This document shows, piece after piece, positions 50,151 through 63,410 of a DNA stretch of 64,000 bases. The notes beneath the pieces were generated by a model. It was not told the DNA's origin. It saw only the letters and a list, made by a program, of their open reading frames with translations, and did not search any database. Each line of letters begins with the position of its first letter. Position 1 is the first letter of the stretch. The position numbers and the translations under genes are program-made. The stretch is from assembly GCF_009914755.1 (NCBI RefSeq), contig NC_060930.1. One strand, written 5' to 3'. Source of the stretch: the human T2T-CHM13v2.0 reference genome, Homo sapiens.

Positions 50151-52900
50151 TTTTTCTGGGTTCTGAATTCTTTAATATCAGAAACTCTATGGCATTCATC
50201 TTTATTTCTCGACAGCAGCCACCAGTAGGCCCAGGCATTTGCACAAGGGTGGGTTCTTTTCTAGAAGTGTCTCCAGACATTCAAATGTGTTTCTGAATCA
50301 GAGATTTTCATCCTTGACTGTACATTAGAAACAGGGAGATTGTTCAGTCCTGGCATATGACCCAATCACATGTGACATATGTTATAGTTACTCCTTTATA
50401 AAATAGAAGAACATGGTAAAATGAAAAAGCAAATACTTCTTTAATTTCTGTTTAAGAGATAGGCAAATGGATGAATTAAAACATTTCTATTTGATTTTAT
50501 TAAGGTATGAGTGTTTCTTTTAAATTAGAAATTACTAAAAAATCTTGTTTTTCTCTGAGCTGTGGCTTTCCTCATTACAGGGGATAATGGGAACTGCATT
50601 TAAATCTAATAGATGTAAATTCATCATTGGTAGACATTTATGGACTACTGGTTATGCATTTTACCCGGTTCTGAGTGGAGATAGAGGCTAGAGAAAAATA
50701 TATAAAATACTGATCCTGTCCTCAAGTTGTTTATGTCTTATCAATTATGTTGAGCAATACAAGGAAAGGAGATAACTAAAGGATGTAATGATCAAAGATA
50801 TAAATAATAAACATAATTTGGCCAAGGAAAGGGGATGCCAGGCAAAAAGAAAAACACATGTGAAACCATAGAGACAAAATAAGGTTAGTCAGCAGAGACC
50901 AGCCTGGAGAGTGGACATGCTGGGGAGAAGAGAGGAATAAAGTCAAGCTGGTTGCATGGGAGAAAATTATGAAAGAGATTCCTTAAAATCCATCAAGTCT
51001 TTTCCAAAAGAACACAATTCTATTATATTATGATTTTGAGTGGCACACAAACCATTTGATCTCCAGATACTTGAGTAAAGGTAATATTTTGTAGAGGTAA
51101 ACTAGCCATACCTTAGCATCATTTTTAAAGTTCCTCTGCTCAATCATTAACATAACCTTTTGCCCCAAGGAGGTGAGTCTCTCACACAGGTACCACCTCT
51201 GCCCATGACTGAGGAGGGGGAAAGATGCAAAATGCAATTGTCCCATTTGAGCAGTTGGATATCAGTTGTCAGTCCAGCCTCTGGAAAAATTTATGAATTT
51301 GGTGCAAGGAACTAGCTTTTCTAATGCTTTGGGACCCTGTACACCAGAATGATAACCTAGGAATACAGGAGGCAGTAGGGGAAAATTATTCTTACCCCTG
51401 TGAAAATCTCCCAGATGCTAAGGAGAAAATTGAGAAGTCTGTTCATCTTTAAATTCACATCTCCATTCTTCTATGGCTCTTTCTTTGACTAAATAGCAAT
51501 TAGCGTACATACATCAATTGTTCAACCACTGTTAAAAATTCTAGCATAAATCAATGATCACATCTGTAAATATACTTACGTATACAGTACTTGGTTGTGT
51601 TTATGTGTGTTAATGACTTCATATTTGCTAAAGATAGAACAATGAGCAAAACAGACAGGGGTTCGTTCTGCCCTTCTGGTGCTTGAAGTCTATTGGGAAA
51701 TAAGACATTTAGCAATGAGTTATTTAATTATAAATTTAATTAATGCATTAAAGAAGTATGGACTATTACTAAGATTTGCCAAAATGGAGAGAATATCCTG
51801 GCCACAACAACTCAGCAATCCTACTTCATATGGGAAGTCATTTATAATTATATATAAATGGGTATTTTGATTTCATACCTCAGTGTCAGGAACATGTTTA
51901 TGAACTGGTCTCTGGAAGAAGGAACTGCTATAGGAAGCTGCAGATGCAATTGCAGGTAACAGAAATACATAAGGCCTCTGCCTTTAAGGCCACCTGGGAA
52001 GTGGCCATGCCACATTCTTTAGGTACCAACCTCTGCATTGTACCAGATGAATGAGCCCTGTTCCTAGATGGCTACACTTATCAAGGAGGAAAGAGAGCTA
52101 ATATGTTTTCAATAAACTCCTGAGAACAAGGTTTAAATCCGAAAAGTGTTTCTGGTCAAATAAGTTAATTTAAAAATTCAATTAACAAAAATCTACTGTT
52201 CTTTTAACATCATAGCTGATGTTTGACTGAATCTCTTTTAAGATATTGGTCCTCTGGAGAATGAGGGTAGTGACTGAAAAATTCCCAGATTAAGGAAAGA
52301 TAATTTTTTTCTCTTAATTAAAATATAGTCATCTAGTTTTTAAGAAGAGCCATATTTCACATAAAGAAGTTGAAGAGTTTTACAATTATAGTTATTTGTC
52401 TATAAAATTAATACCCAGTTGGCATTAGGATATCTGCTAAAATGACCAGGGAGGATTAAGTTCTAGTTTTGAACATTACCTGTGAATATTATCACTAAAA
52501 ACACTAAAGTATGTTCCCTTCCTTCATAGCAAAGTGTCATCTCTTCAGAGACAACAGGGTCATTTGACAAAGGCTCTTGCTAAAGTATAATTTTATCTGA
52601 CTTAACCTGAAGGTTAGTTGAAAGACTTAGTATTACAAACCACATATTTTTTTAAAGGTTTGGGAATAATGTATAGGTAGAGGAAAATGCAAATCCTAAA
52701 AGTAAATATTAATACTGACTGCTGCCCCCCAAGGCACAACTCTTATAACTTGGATCATATTAACCATAATTTGGAAACGAAATTAACATTTGAATTGTTT
52801 TTGTTCTCTTCAGCCACCCTTTCTCCCCTTTGCATTCCCTCATCCCTACCCTGGACTCCATTTCCTTAAGCATTGAAAAGGAGAACTTCTCTTTTCCCGC

Positions 52901-53352
52901 TACATTAGTTTCCGTGGCTGCCATAACAAATTACCACGAACTTGGTGGATGGAAACAACAGAAATGTATTCTCTCATAATTCTGGAGGCCACAAGTCTGA
53001 AATCAAGGTGTCAGCAGTGCTATACTCCCCTTGGAGGCTCTAGGAGAGAGTCCTTCCTTGCCTCTTCCAGTTTCCTCTGGTTGCTGGCATTCCTTGACTT
53101 AAGGTTGCATACTTCCAATCTGTATTTTCATCATTACATTGCTTTCCCCCCCTGTGTTTTCTCCTCTTCCCTCTCATAATGATGCTTGTAATGGCATGTA
53201 AGACCGACCTAAAAATAACTCAAGATTATCACCTTCTTTCAAGATCCTTAATTTAATCACATCACAAAAATCCTCCAAATAAGGTAACAGGCACAGGTTC
53301 CAGGGACTTCATGTGGGTAGCTTCTGGAGGGGGGCATTTTTTGCTTACAACA
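52901..53352 (-). mobile_element. MLT1C solo LTR
   Basis: attagtttcc..ggctgccataacaaattaccac...tctggaggcc..aagtctgaaatcaaggtgtcagca; near TSD cccgc/cccac. Confidence 0.88.
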
Positions 53353-54258
53353 CCCACCATTAGGAAGTGACACTCTTTCATGTGAGTAAGGCTGTATTTC
53401 CTACAAGAATGTATGCTTCTGGATGACAGGGAGTAATACCTTTTGAATCCTTTACAGTACCTTGTATAGACTGAGGACATAATAGAGGCTTTATTAATTC
53501 TTAGCAAATGGTAGAAAATATATAAACTAACCTTAGATAACATATAAAAAAGTGAACTTCTTGGAGAAAAAATGTTATGTATGACCACAAGTTCAAGAAC
53601 AAGTTGCCAGAATTAACCATTTAACCTACTACATCTTCACCAACCCATAGTAAAAATGATTTTCAGGGACCCTAAAACCCACCTCCAGTTAAGTTATCCT
53701 CACTTCAGTCATGTTGCCTTTCCAAGTTCTCCAGCTGCTGCTCCTCATTCTCTTCCTCTCAAAGATACCTTCTACTTTGGGCTTGTCACTATTATATCCC
53801 CCACTGATGAAATTTACCTAACCTGATGCTTAGATGCGTCGATCTCAACTAGCTAATGCAATAGCTAATCTTTCAGAACATCTCATTGACCAACTAGCCA
53901 ACATCAGTAATAACAGCTTCCAAGTAAGATGCTTTTTAAATGCAGCCACCTTGGAGTAATGGTGCTCTTCTGTTGAAATGGGAGTTGAAAGGCTCGTGAC
54001 ACTGGAATGTTTGCTATGGATTTCCTAAAATCATACCTAATAAGTGGAAGAACTGGGGCTTGGGTTTTAGGTGTCAAATCTCATTCTTTGTCCATTTTAC
54101 AACAACCACTTCTGATCTATCACCAGCTGAGAAGGTGCTCTTAATCATGTCCCAAATCTGGCCATGTTTACCTCCAGGCTAGAAGATAGCCCTGCTCCCA
54201 AATTTGGTCCTACTTAACTTTTAATTTTTTGTAACTCAAATCTATTTTCTCATTTCTT

Positions 54259-54553
54259 TTTATTTATGTATTTATTTTTTGAGATGGAGTTTTGCTCTTG
54301 TTGCCAAGGCTGGAGTTCAATGGCACAATCTCAGCTTAGTGCAACCTCCACCTCCCAGGTTCAAGTGATTCTCCTGCCTCAGCCTCCCGAGCATTATAGG
54401 CATGTGCCACCATGCCTGGCTAATTCTGTATTTTTAGTAGAGACAGGGTTTCTCCATATTGGTCAGGCTGATCTCGAACTCCCGACTTCAGGTGATCCAC
54501 CCACCTCGGCCTCCCAAAGTGCTGGATTACAGGCATGAGCCACCGTGCCCAGC
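54259..54553 (-). mobile_element. AluSp
   Basis: Sp diagnostics (gctcttgttgcc, caatggc, tttctccat, ggtcaggctg, aactcccgac) and TSD tatt(t/c)ctcatttctt. Confidence 0.92.
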
Positions 54554-54790
54554 TATTTCCTCATTTCTTCAGTGAATTTTTAAATTTGAATTGGGCAGGG
54601 CTCCATTTTTTTCCTTTGGCTTCTCAAAGATAGAGTGATAGGAACTGAGCTGGCCTCCCACGCCAGTGGTAAGGGCCTTTATTACCACACCCACTTTTGA
54701 ATCCTGGAATTTACTAGCACAAAAGGGAAGCTTTTCAAAGTCCATTTTATGCCATTTCTCTCTTTTCAATCATATAACTTTAAAAATGCC

Positions 54791-54833
<43 letters not shown>
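54791..54833. repeat. Compound (TA)n(TG)n microsatellite
   Basis: Directly visible. Confidence 0.95.
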
Positions 54834-54836
<3 letters not shown>

Positions 54837-55739
54837 TACAAAGAGTAGAAAATTCCCTTCTGGACTTATTTTCCATGTGCTGAGTTTAAGCCTGGAGCAC
54901 ACTTTTACTGCTGGAAATAGGGGGTTATAATGAAAATGCTGACACAACCTCAACCATAGAGGTGCTAGCAGGCATTGCTGTAATAAATAATGTGGGAAAT
55001 ATTTTACACTTCAAGGCAATTACATGTTCAGCCATCTTTAGGATAGCTGGCCCATGAAGGGTAGGGATTAGGTTTCTGTGACAAGTGTAAAAGACCCATG
55101 ACTCATGAATGCCGGGAGGTACGAATGAATTACAAGAGCTGAGTGAAAGCCACATAATTACCTATCATAGGTAAAAAATATTCTGTTTATTTGCAGGAGA
55201 GAAAGATGGCAACATCCTGCCAAGGCACTTCTGCCAGTTTGGGATTTGACCAAGAAGGCTGGAGGTGGTGATTGTTGGGCAATGCTCTCTGTGAACTGCC
55301 TCATGAGCATAGAAGCTGATTTTTATTCTTGACCTTTTCTTCATATAAATATGTTTTCAGTGGACAGTAAAGTGATGACTTGTGTTTCCTGAAGGATGAG
55401 AGTGTCTGTGCATCCACAGACAGTAATGCAGAGAGAGGGGCACTGGAGATAGTGACGGAGCATTCACTAACTCAGTTCTGCTCAGTCTGTGTGTTCATTG
55501 GCATGCCCTGTCTTGTCTTTTGATTGCTACATTCATTCTCTCCTTTGTAGCTGAGGAAAACAGCAGTGGCTGTTCAGGTGCCTTCTCCCAGGGGCTATTC
55601 ACCTGTAGGTATGGGAAGTTTACTTTTACTTCTCTTCCTCCCCAAGTGTCTAGAACAAACTTGGTATGGCAATGAATTTGGTTGTATGAGTTACAGATTC
55701 CCCTGTGTGGGTTAGATACTCCATAGCAGTCTCTAATTC

Positions 55740-56160
55740 CTGAAACATAGCACTTACAGTATTTTATTCCTTCTACTTCGTGACTGAATTCTCCCTTCCT
55801 TTAGACTGTAAGCTTCATGAGTATAGAAACTGTATCTGTCTTATTTGGAGTTGTACTTTCAAAGCCTAGCATGCTGTCTGGCACATGGCTGAAACTCTGT
55901 AAATAAATTAAAGAGTGGCCTTATTGGTTAAAACATCTTATATGTCCTTTCATTTCACAAACAATATTGTGCCTGATCCTATGTGCAGGCATTGCTTTAG
56001 TCATTTCAATACAAATGAGTGACATTCTCTACCCTAGAGGAGCTTTCACTATAGTAGAGAACTTAACTGAGTGAATAATCACAATATAGTCTGACAAAGG
56101 CTGTAAACAGTGGCATGAACCAGACAGAATGTTGGTAAAGGGGAGGAGTGATCAATTCAG
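55740..56160. mobile_element. Two L2 3' ends, tail to tail (+ then -)
   Basis: ttagactgtaagcttcatgag...tctggcacat; then tatgtgcaggcattgct...ctaccctagaggagct. Confidence 0.65.
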
Positions 56161-56352
56161 TGTCTGTCACTTATTAACTATAGATGCTTATAATATTTAG
56201 CCTTGTATTATTAGTTATCAGTTCATTTATGCATCCTATCACCCCCATCAATCATCAGCCATATGTTCTACATCTTCATTTCTTCTGCAACACCTAGCTC
56301 AGAGTATATCTAGATAGTTACTGAAGAGGACATTATGATGAAAGTAGGCATG

Positions 56353-56715
56353 TGTTTTAGTCCATCTGGGCTACTCTAACAGAATGCTGTAGACTGGGTG
56401 GCTTATACATAATTTCTTATTTACACTTCTGGAGGTTGGGATATTCAAGATCAAGGTGCTGGCAGATCTGGTGTATGATGAGGGCTTGCTTTCTGATTCA
56501 TAGTTGTCTTTCAGCCTGGCTCTCATGTAGAAGAAGGGGCAAGGTTGCTCTCTACAGCCTTTTTTCGAAGGGCACCAATCCCATTTGTGAAAGCACTATC
56601 TGCATGACCTAATTACCTACCAAAAAACCGCACCTCTTACTACCATCACATTGGGGGTTAAGATTTCAACACATGAATTTTTGTTCACTGGGGAGCAAAC
56701 ATTGAGTCTTTAGCA
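56353..56715 (-). mobile_element. MLT1A-like LTR
   Basis: ttagtccat..gggctact...agactgggtggcttata...caagatcaaggtgctggcagat...ccatcacattgggggttaagatttcaac. Confidence 0.85.
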
Positions 56716-58179
56716 ATGGGAAATATAACTTAAAGTTAGATTACTTGGAAATAAATACCAATCTGGCTCCTTACTGACTTGTGACCTTTAGTTCACTGTT
56801 AAACCTTCCCTAAACCTTCTGAGCATTAGTTTTTTAGTCTATAAAACTATGATATTTATCTCACAGTTCTATTTTGGCAATTAGACAAATAGCAATTAAA
56901 TGAATTCTATGAACTCAGTAAGTATTTTTGTTTATTTATTTTTTGCTTTTGTTCTGTATCTAAATAAATATCAGTTTGTTCATCATGAGATAAATTACAT
57001 GTTGAACTAGAAATATAGGTGGTTGGAAATTGTGAAGCTGACATTTCCCTTGAAATGGCTTGGTGTTTTATAGCATTTAACAGTTTGGTGGTCCTAAGTT
57101 TAGGATAAGTTATGTGATAGAATAGAATTTGTTCAGATCACTATTCACAGACTTATCTGGGTAAGTATCTTCATATCACTGTGCCTAAACTTATTCACCT
57201 GTAATTCATTCATCAAAAATTTCCATTCAAGTTATAATTTGAAAATCCACTAATGAAGATGGTAATAGTGGGAAGTAAGCACCACCACTTCTCACTGTAC
57301 TTTCCTCACTTTTTTTTTTCTTAACTTGTAGGAAACTATAGACAATGCCAAGTCAGAGAAGAGAAACATTTCATTAACTAAATTCTTTGAAGTTTCAGAT
57401 AGAATTTCAGCTGTAGTTTCCATACTCCTGATGAAAGAACACGTGGGAACTGTGACTTTCACGTGTGTGGGTGTGTGTGTGGTGTGTTTTGCATAACTGC
57501 CAGTAGGCAGAAGACTTAGGAAAAACCAGAAGCCATGTATCATTAACAAGAAAAACTTTACTCCGATTATCACTTTGGGTCACACAGCTTCTGGGACTTC
57601 TTCCTTCTGAGCCATGAAGGTTGAAGTGAAACTGGCTGATCCCTGAGAGCCATTTTGTGTTCAAGCTTGTTCACTCTGGAAAATAATAAAAGAAAGCCTG
57701 GGGACCACAAATTTGTATTTATTATATTTTAGATTTTAACATGAATAAGTGCAATCTTCTAGTTGAACTATTATTTGATTAAATAATTGACAAGTATTTG
57801 CTTTGACATACGCATTTCCTGAAATGTTCTATTTTTGATAACAGAGAACCTAGTGAATTAAATTATCTTAAACCCATCCTCCTGCTGTCAGAGGTATGAG
57901 TAGATACCTTTATAAATGCTGTATTTAATTGTTGCTTAATAAAATTGTGAAAGTGAGACACTGTATTTCAGAGTTCCTCTTTAAATATTTGCAAGGCTGT
58001 ATTAAGTAATGCATTAAAGTACATGTATTATAGTATGTGTATATATTTTCATTCCCAGAAAAAGCCATGATTATTAAAGAGGTTTAAAATAATGTGCACT
58101 AATTTATTATCACTGGTTATAAAGACTTTGGAAGGGTGCGCTGAACATTATGTTAGCATTGATGTGTCAATCTTTTAGT

Positions 58180-58700
58180 TGAAGGATGGCACGTCTGAAT
58201 CCCAGAACAGCCTTAATTAACAGAAAATAATTAGCATCATTTCCCCAGCAGAGAATATGAAGCTTTTTTTTTTTCCAACAGAATCCATTGATTGATAATT
58301 AAGGAGGAGTTAGTTGTAATAAAACTCCCAGTATTGCAATTTCTAATTGGCCTTTCAGGACATTTTACAGTTACAGTTACTTTGTTCCAGGCATTTTCTG
58401 CCTTTTGAAGAGTTTTAATAAGAATCTTTCCTCTCCAAAGCCAAGACTCTGCAGGTGATGAAGGAAGAGGAGGTGGCAGCGCATAGGAGTGCATTAATAT
58501 CAGGTGGGCAGAGCAGCAGCTGGAGAGCTTTTCATTTCCTTTTAAGTTTTTGTGGTCACCATATTTTGTTCCTTCAGGGCTAAACTTGTTCGTGGAACAA
58601 GTAGGAGCTGCCTGAGGGTCTCTCTCTGCAGGAAGCATTCTACAATCTGGGGACCCTTTCTGTTGTAGAAGGCCCTTTAATAACTTTTCATTAAGGGATT
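58180..58700. promoter_or_regulatory. Candidate conserved non-coding element
   Basis: Repeat-free, with TGATTGAT (PBX-type), TAATTA, CTAATTG, GTAATAAAA (HOX13/CDX-type) and CAGGTG/CAGCTG E-boxes. Confidence 0.4.
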
Positions 58701-59331
58701 TATTTTTTCTTTTCTTTTTTTTTTTAAAATAGAGTCTTGCCTTCCTCTATACAATGTACAAATCCCTGATCATCCCTTTAACAATGTAAGAATATGCTTC
58801 TTTTCTTGAAGACCTATGTTTCCGCCACTTTCAACACTTCCTTTCTGTCTTAATTTCTAACTTTCTCTGGTCTGCTCTTTTGTATGCAAGGCAAAAAGAG
58901 GAACATATTTTATATGCATATTGTAGAAAAAATGAGTAACAGTAAACTGAAGAAGAAAGTAAAAATACATTCTACTGATTATGCTATTGAAATTTTATAT
59001 TTTGGTGTATTTCCTTCTGGTCATATTTTCTATGTATTTTCTACGTATTTTCTACATAATTGAGTTCAAATTTTTAATGAAACATGAACTTCCAGAAATT
59101 TTGTTTCATTATTCTTTAAAGCTAGAAAACTACCAATTTTTTTGACTTAAATGAAGTAGCTGTTTGCTGTTTTGATTTGCTCTTTGATGACTCATTTGGT
59201 TGAGTGTAAGAATTCTGTTATTCTTACCAACAAGATGTTTATATTTGATGGGTTTTGTTTACAATATGAGAATGAAATTTCCCTTCCATTTTTTATAAAT
59301 GTAGTTTTTAATTTAGAAAGATAAATTAGGT

Positions 59332-59375
59332 CCAGCCTTGTCAACAGAGTGAAACTCCCTGTTTCAAAAAATAAA
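59332..59375 (+). mobile_element. Extremely 5'-truncated Alu with a 15-bp TSD
   Basis: ccagccttgtcaacagagtgaaactccctgtttcaaaaa flanked by aaagataa(a/g)ttaggt (59317-59331, 59376-59390). Confidence 0.85.
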
Positions 59376-60503
59376 AAAGATAAGTTAGGTAGATGAGATA
59401 AACTAAATAACTAAATTATAGGAAAAAACTGTACAAGCCATGGATCATTGTATTGATTTTTGAAAAGATCATAATCCTCCCATACAGAGTAGCTCAAAAG
59501 AAAGAAAAAACTAAATTTAGGCTTTTGATGGTCTGTTTGAAGATATATCTATTCATAAAGTTTCCCATAGATTACAACAGATGTTCAATTTAAAGGAAAC
59601 AAAAGAATAGGAACTTTTAAAATCAGAAGAAAAATGCACAAAACAGACAAATGTAATAAATATATTCACTCAATACAAGTTATTAAGATTGCATTGCCTT
59701 TTATCAACAAATATTAACACACTTTGAGGAAATATTAAATAAAAATAAAATGGAAAATTTCTGTATAATGGGACACATAAGTACAGTAGATGCTTAATAT
59801 ATTTTTTAGGTTATGTAAGGAAAATATAGTTTAACAAAACATTGATTAGAATACATTTGATAGATAAAATATCACAAAAAATTTAAATGTCTACTAAATA
59901 AAAAATGCACATGTATTATTTGAATCACAACCAACTACCTATCTCCATTTTTCTCATGTGGATATAAGGTCTCCCTCTTCCCCAACATGAATAAATAGCC
60001 GATTACCTCCCTGGAAATATACACAAAAGAACAGAAGGCCATGGTTTGATTTGAGTCAATATTTATTGGAGGATGTTAGTAGTTGCCCTCCAGGACCATA
60101 GAGATATCTGAGTAATCTCCTTCTATAATGCTAGCTCTGAGCAACATAGCTTCCTGCTGAATCTACAGGATGAATTAATCACAAAATGTATCCCTATGTA
60201 ATTGAATGAATCTGCTGACCATCACTATATATAAACTAATCACATTTTAGAGAGGACATCTAACCCCAGATACCAGATCATTGTAGATTCATTTCTATTG
60301 ACCTATATTTTTGGGTCTTAGTTAACTTCCTATTTTAGTTATTTAGAATTAAAAAAAACTAAAGCCTGAGTATTAGTTTCACCATTAAATTAGCAAGAAG
60401 TAAAAAACTTAAAAGTAGAAAAAATGTATAAAGCTTTTTAACATTAGTGTATATGAAAATTTATTTTAAATTATTTTTTAAAAATTACTTATTCAGTATG
60501 TGA

Positions 60504-60505
<2 letters not shown>

Positions 60506-60535
<30 letters not shown>
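60506..60535. repeat. (CA)n microsatellite
   Basis: Directly visible. Confidence 0.95.
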
Positions 60536-60536
<1 letters not shown>

Positions 60537-60849
60537 ACATTGCAGAACACTATTCAATCTCCCAATATGTGAGTTTAAGCCAACCTGTGGAGAGTTGGCC
60601 TGTTAGAACACACAATTCTCAGATCACAGTTGGATATTTCCATATAGTAACCTCTTTCTGTTAGCGAGTGCTAGATCCTACTATCTTGAGTTCTGAATGA
60701 TCCACAGTATGTGTTGTTTATTTTTCTGTGGTGTCCTCTTTTTTACTAGTTTGTTTCAGTTATGCCAAATATTTTGAACCCATAAGGGCTGACAAAATTT
60801 TGGATGTGACAATCCTGGACTTGCCATATATATATATATATATATATAT

Positions 60850-61300
60850 GTTAGGGTTAGATTATACAGTATTAGGAAACCAAAAAGTATACTTCTTTAA
60901 ACAAGACAGAGTTTTATTTTCTCTCAGATAAAATTCTGGAGGTGTTCAGTTCAAAGGTGATGTGTTGCTCTGTTTTACAAAGTCCATGTAGAACTAGATT
61001 TCATTTATCACACCACTTTGCTGTCTCTGAGGTGTGGTATCCATCCTCATGACCCAAGATGATGGTGTCTCATTCTAAGCAGCATGACGGTTAAATGAAT
61101 GAAGAACAAGGGTCAAACTGTGCACACGAGATAGTTAATTCCCTGAACCTACCAAAGGATACCATTTATTTCTTCTTAGACAAAACTCAGTTCCACAGCC
61201 TTATCATGCTGCAAGGGAGCCTGGGAAATGTAACTGTTTAGGGAGCCTTGTGCCAAGAAAAAAGTCTAATATGATGGAAGAAAAGGCAGAGTGAGTAAGT
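60850..61300 (-). mobile_element. Old MLT1 (J/K-like) LTR preceded by (TA)n
   Basis: aaacaagacagagttttattttctctca...catcctcatgacccaagat...gctgcaagggagcctgggaaatgta. Confidence 0.7.
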
Positions 61301-61340
61301 AGGGCAATGAAAGGCTTCAAAGAAACAAAAGAAGAGGCTT

Positions 61341-61720
61341 GTGTTAGATTAATTTCCCTAGAAGCACACAAGCGGCCAGAGCATATAATCACTATTGAGA
61401 GTACTCTCAGGAGAGACAGGTGACAGGTGCGTTGAACAGACAGGGAAAGGGAAGGAACTACAGATGAATGAGGTTTTATTTTATCCTGATCACGAAGGGA
61501 GTTCTGGAGCAAGAATGGGTTGCAACACTATGTCCTACCTCAGACAAGGAAAGAGACTTTTAGAATTGCAGTCATTCAATAATCATGGACAACTGCTTAT
61601 TTCTCTCTCGCTCTCATTAATAACAAATTTATTAGCGTTTCCACGATTGATGATGCTGTAGAGGAGGAGAGGCAGGAAGATTGGGAGACACCCCCTGTGT
61701 GTGTGCTACGGGGTGGTTCT
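61341..61720 (-). mobile_element. ERVL LTR16-like element
   Basis: ttccctagaagca...actctcaggaga...cctgatcac..gggagttctggagca. Confidence 0.6.
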
Positions 61721-62029
61721 TTGTTCTATAGAATCATAGTGCCTGATATCAGAAATTTGTGATCACATACCTCAGTTATTTGATTATATAATGTAGACAA
61801 ATAATCTATTTAGTATAGCACCTCTACACACTGAACTTCAGTATGAACAAATAAACAACCTTCTATAAGAGTTTTAAATGCTGCTTCTGACAAGAAGATT
61901 CTAAAACTACTAGGTGATCCCTTGGGAAAAGTAAATACATCTGGGTATATGGAGTGTTTGGTATCTTTTCTTTTTCCTCCTCCTCTCCCTCTTCCTCCTC
62001 CTGCCCTTCTCCTCTTTTTTCTTTCCTTT

Positions 62030-62400
62030 GTGCTTGTTGTTTTGCCTCATCTTTGATGCCAACTTAAAAGGAAGAACTCAAATGAATTATAACTGTAAGA
62101 TTGTTTTTTCCTCAAAACAAAATAAAAGAATAGTGCTCTTGTCCATAAGGCCATCAAAAACCAGTAGGAACATTTGGTGCAATCAATCTATTACAAACCA
62201 ATTTTATAGCTATATAATGAGATCTAATTGCTGCTTTATTAGTCTGGCTAATATTAAAAGTGTCAGTAATTGCTTTGCATTTAAGTTGGTTTTCCAATTT
62301 AAATTGCATGTCCAATACATTACCATTAACTTATGTACTGCTTTTATTTAATAGATTTTTCTCTTTCTGGTCTGCATTTATAGAATTTTCCCTTTCTGAC
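62030..62400. promoter_or_regulatory. Candidate AT-rich conserved non-coding element
   Basis: Dense homeodomain-type words (AATCAAT, CTAATTG, TTTATTA, TGTCA, TTTTATAG) and CTTTGAT, with no repeat similarity. Confidence 0.4.
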
Positions 62401-63169
62401 TGGCTGAAATGGGAAAAAGAGAGAAATAGGATAAATAAAAATTTATATTATAAATGCTTGCATTTCTGGGTTGCTATAATGTATCTTCAATACTAAAGAA
62501 TTCATGTGACCTGAGATCTTTATCTGGCTATTACTCCAACTACATGTAAAAGAAAAGTTGAGCAAGTGAAATGTTTTGTCAGAGTATACAAAATATTATT
62601 AATAATTGAAATAACTGGATTAGCCATTTCCAATTCATTTCATTCAACCATATTAATTAATAGATCAATGTAATGTCTAATGAAGTAACTCAGTGATTGG
62701 CAATTGGGGAAATCAAAGAGATTAGAAGGAATCAAATAGATCATTTATACAATTATTTTAAACTGCTGTAGAAATATGGCCCATGTCTTGCATGCTAATG
62801 ACCAGGTTCCATGATCACATCCTCTGGAAAAAAAACTTTGTTTTCCAAAAACAATGTATATCTAATTTTTATTAGTCCATTCCACCTTGAGGTAAACTAA
62901 ATCAGGTTTCTATGGAAATCAGTAGGAGCCAAGTAACTGTGGGAAACATTCTGTATTTTATGGGTGATTTACTAAACCTGAATTTTCACATCAAGGGCTA
63001 AAAAAACCAATTTGTATTTCAAGTCAATCTCTCTATCTTCGAGACATATATGATGTTTTTTACATTTTTATAATAACTTTAAAGGGATAACGCTCTTGAC
63101 AACATTTTTCTCGTACTTGGTACTTAAAATTTCAAAGCTTCTTCATGCTTTATTGCAGTTCACCTTGTC

Positions 63170-63410
63170 AGTATAGCTACAGTGGCTAGACCATGAGCTC
63201 TGGAGTTGGACAGCCTAGATCAACATCCTGGATCCTCTTCCTACCTGTGTGTCCTTGGGTAAGTTACTTAATCATTCTGTGCTTCAATTTCCTCATTTGT
63301 AAAATGGGGATAATAATAAAAACTGCTTCTTAGGATTGTTTTGAAGTTTGAATAAAATAAAAACTAAGCACCCTCTCTATAAAAGAAGCTTTTATTAATA
63401 TTACTATTAT
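63170..63410 (+). mobile_element. MIR
   Basis: ctgtgtgtccttgggtaagttacttaatcattctgtgcttcaatttcctcatttgtaaaatggggataataa. Confidence 0.9.

Noticed and set aside
57442-57465. Paired Su(H)/RBPJ (SPS) site
   Set aside because: The second half-site is poor and the spacing is about 8-9 bp rather than the 15-17 bp required.
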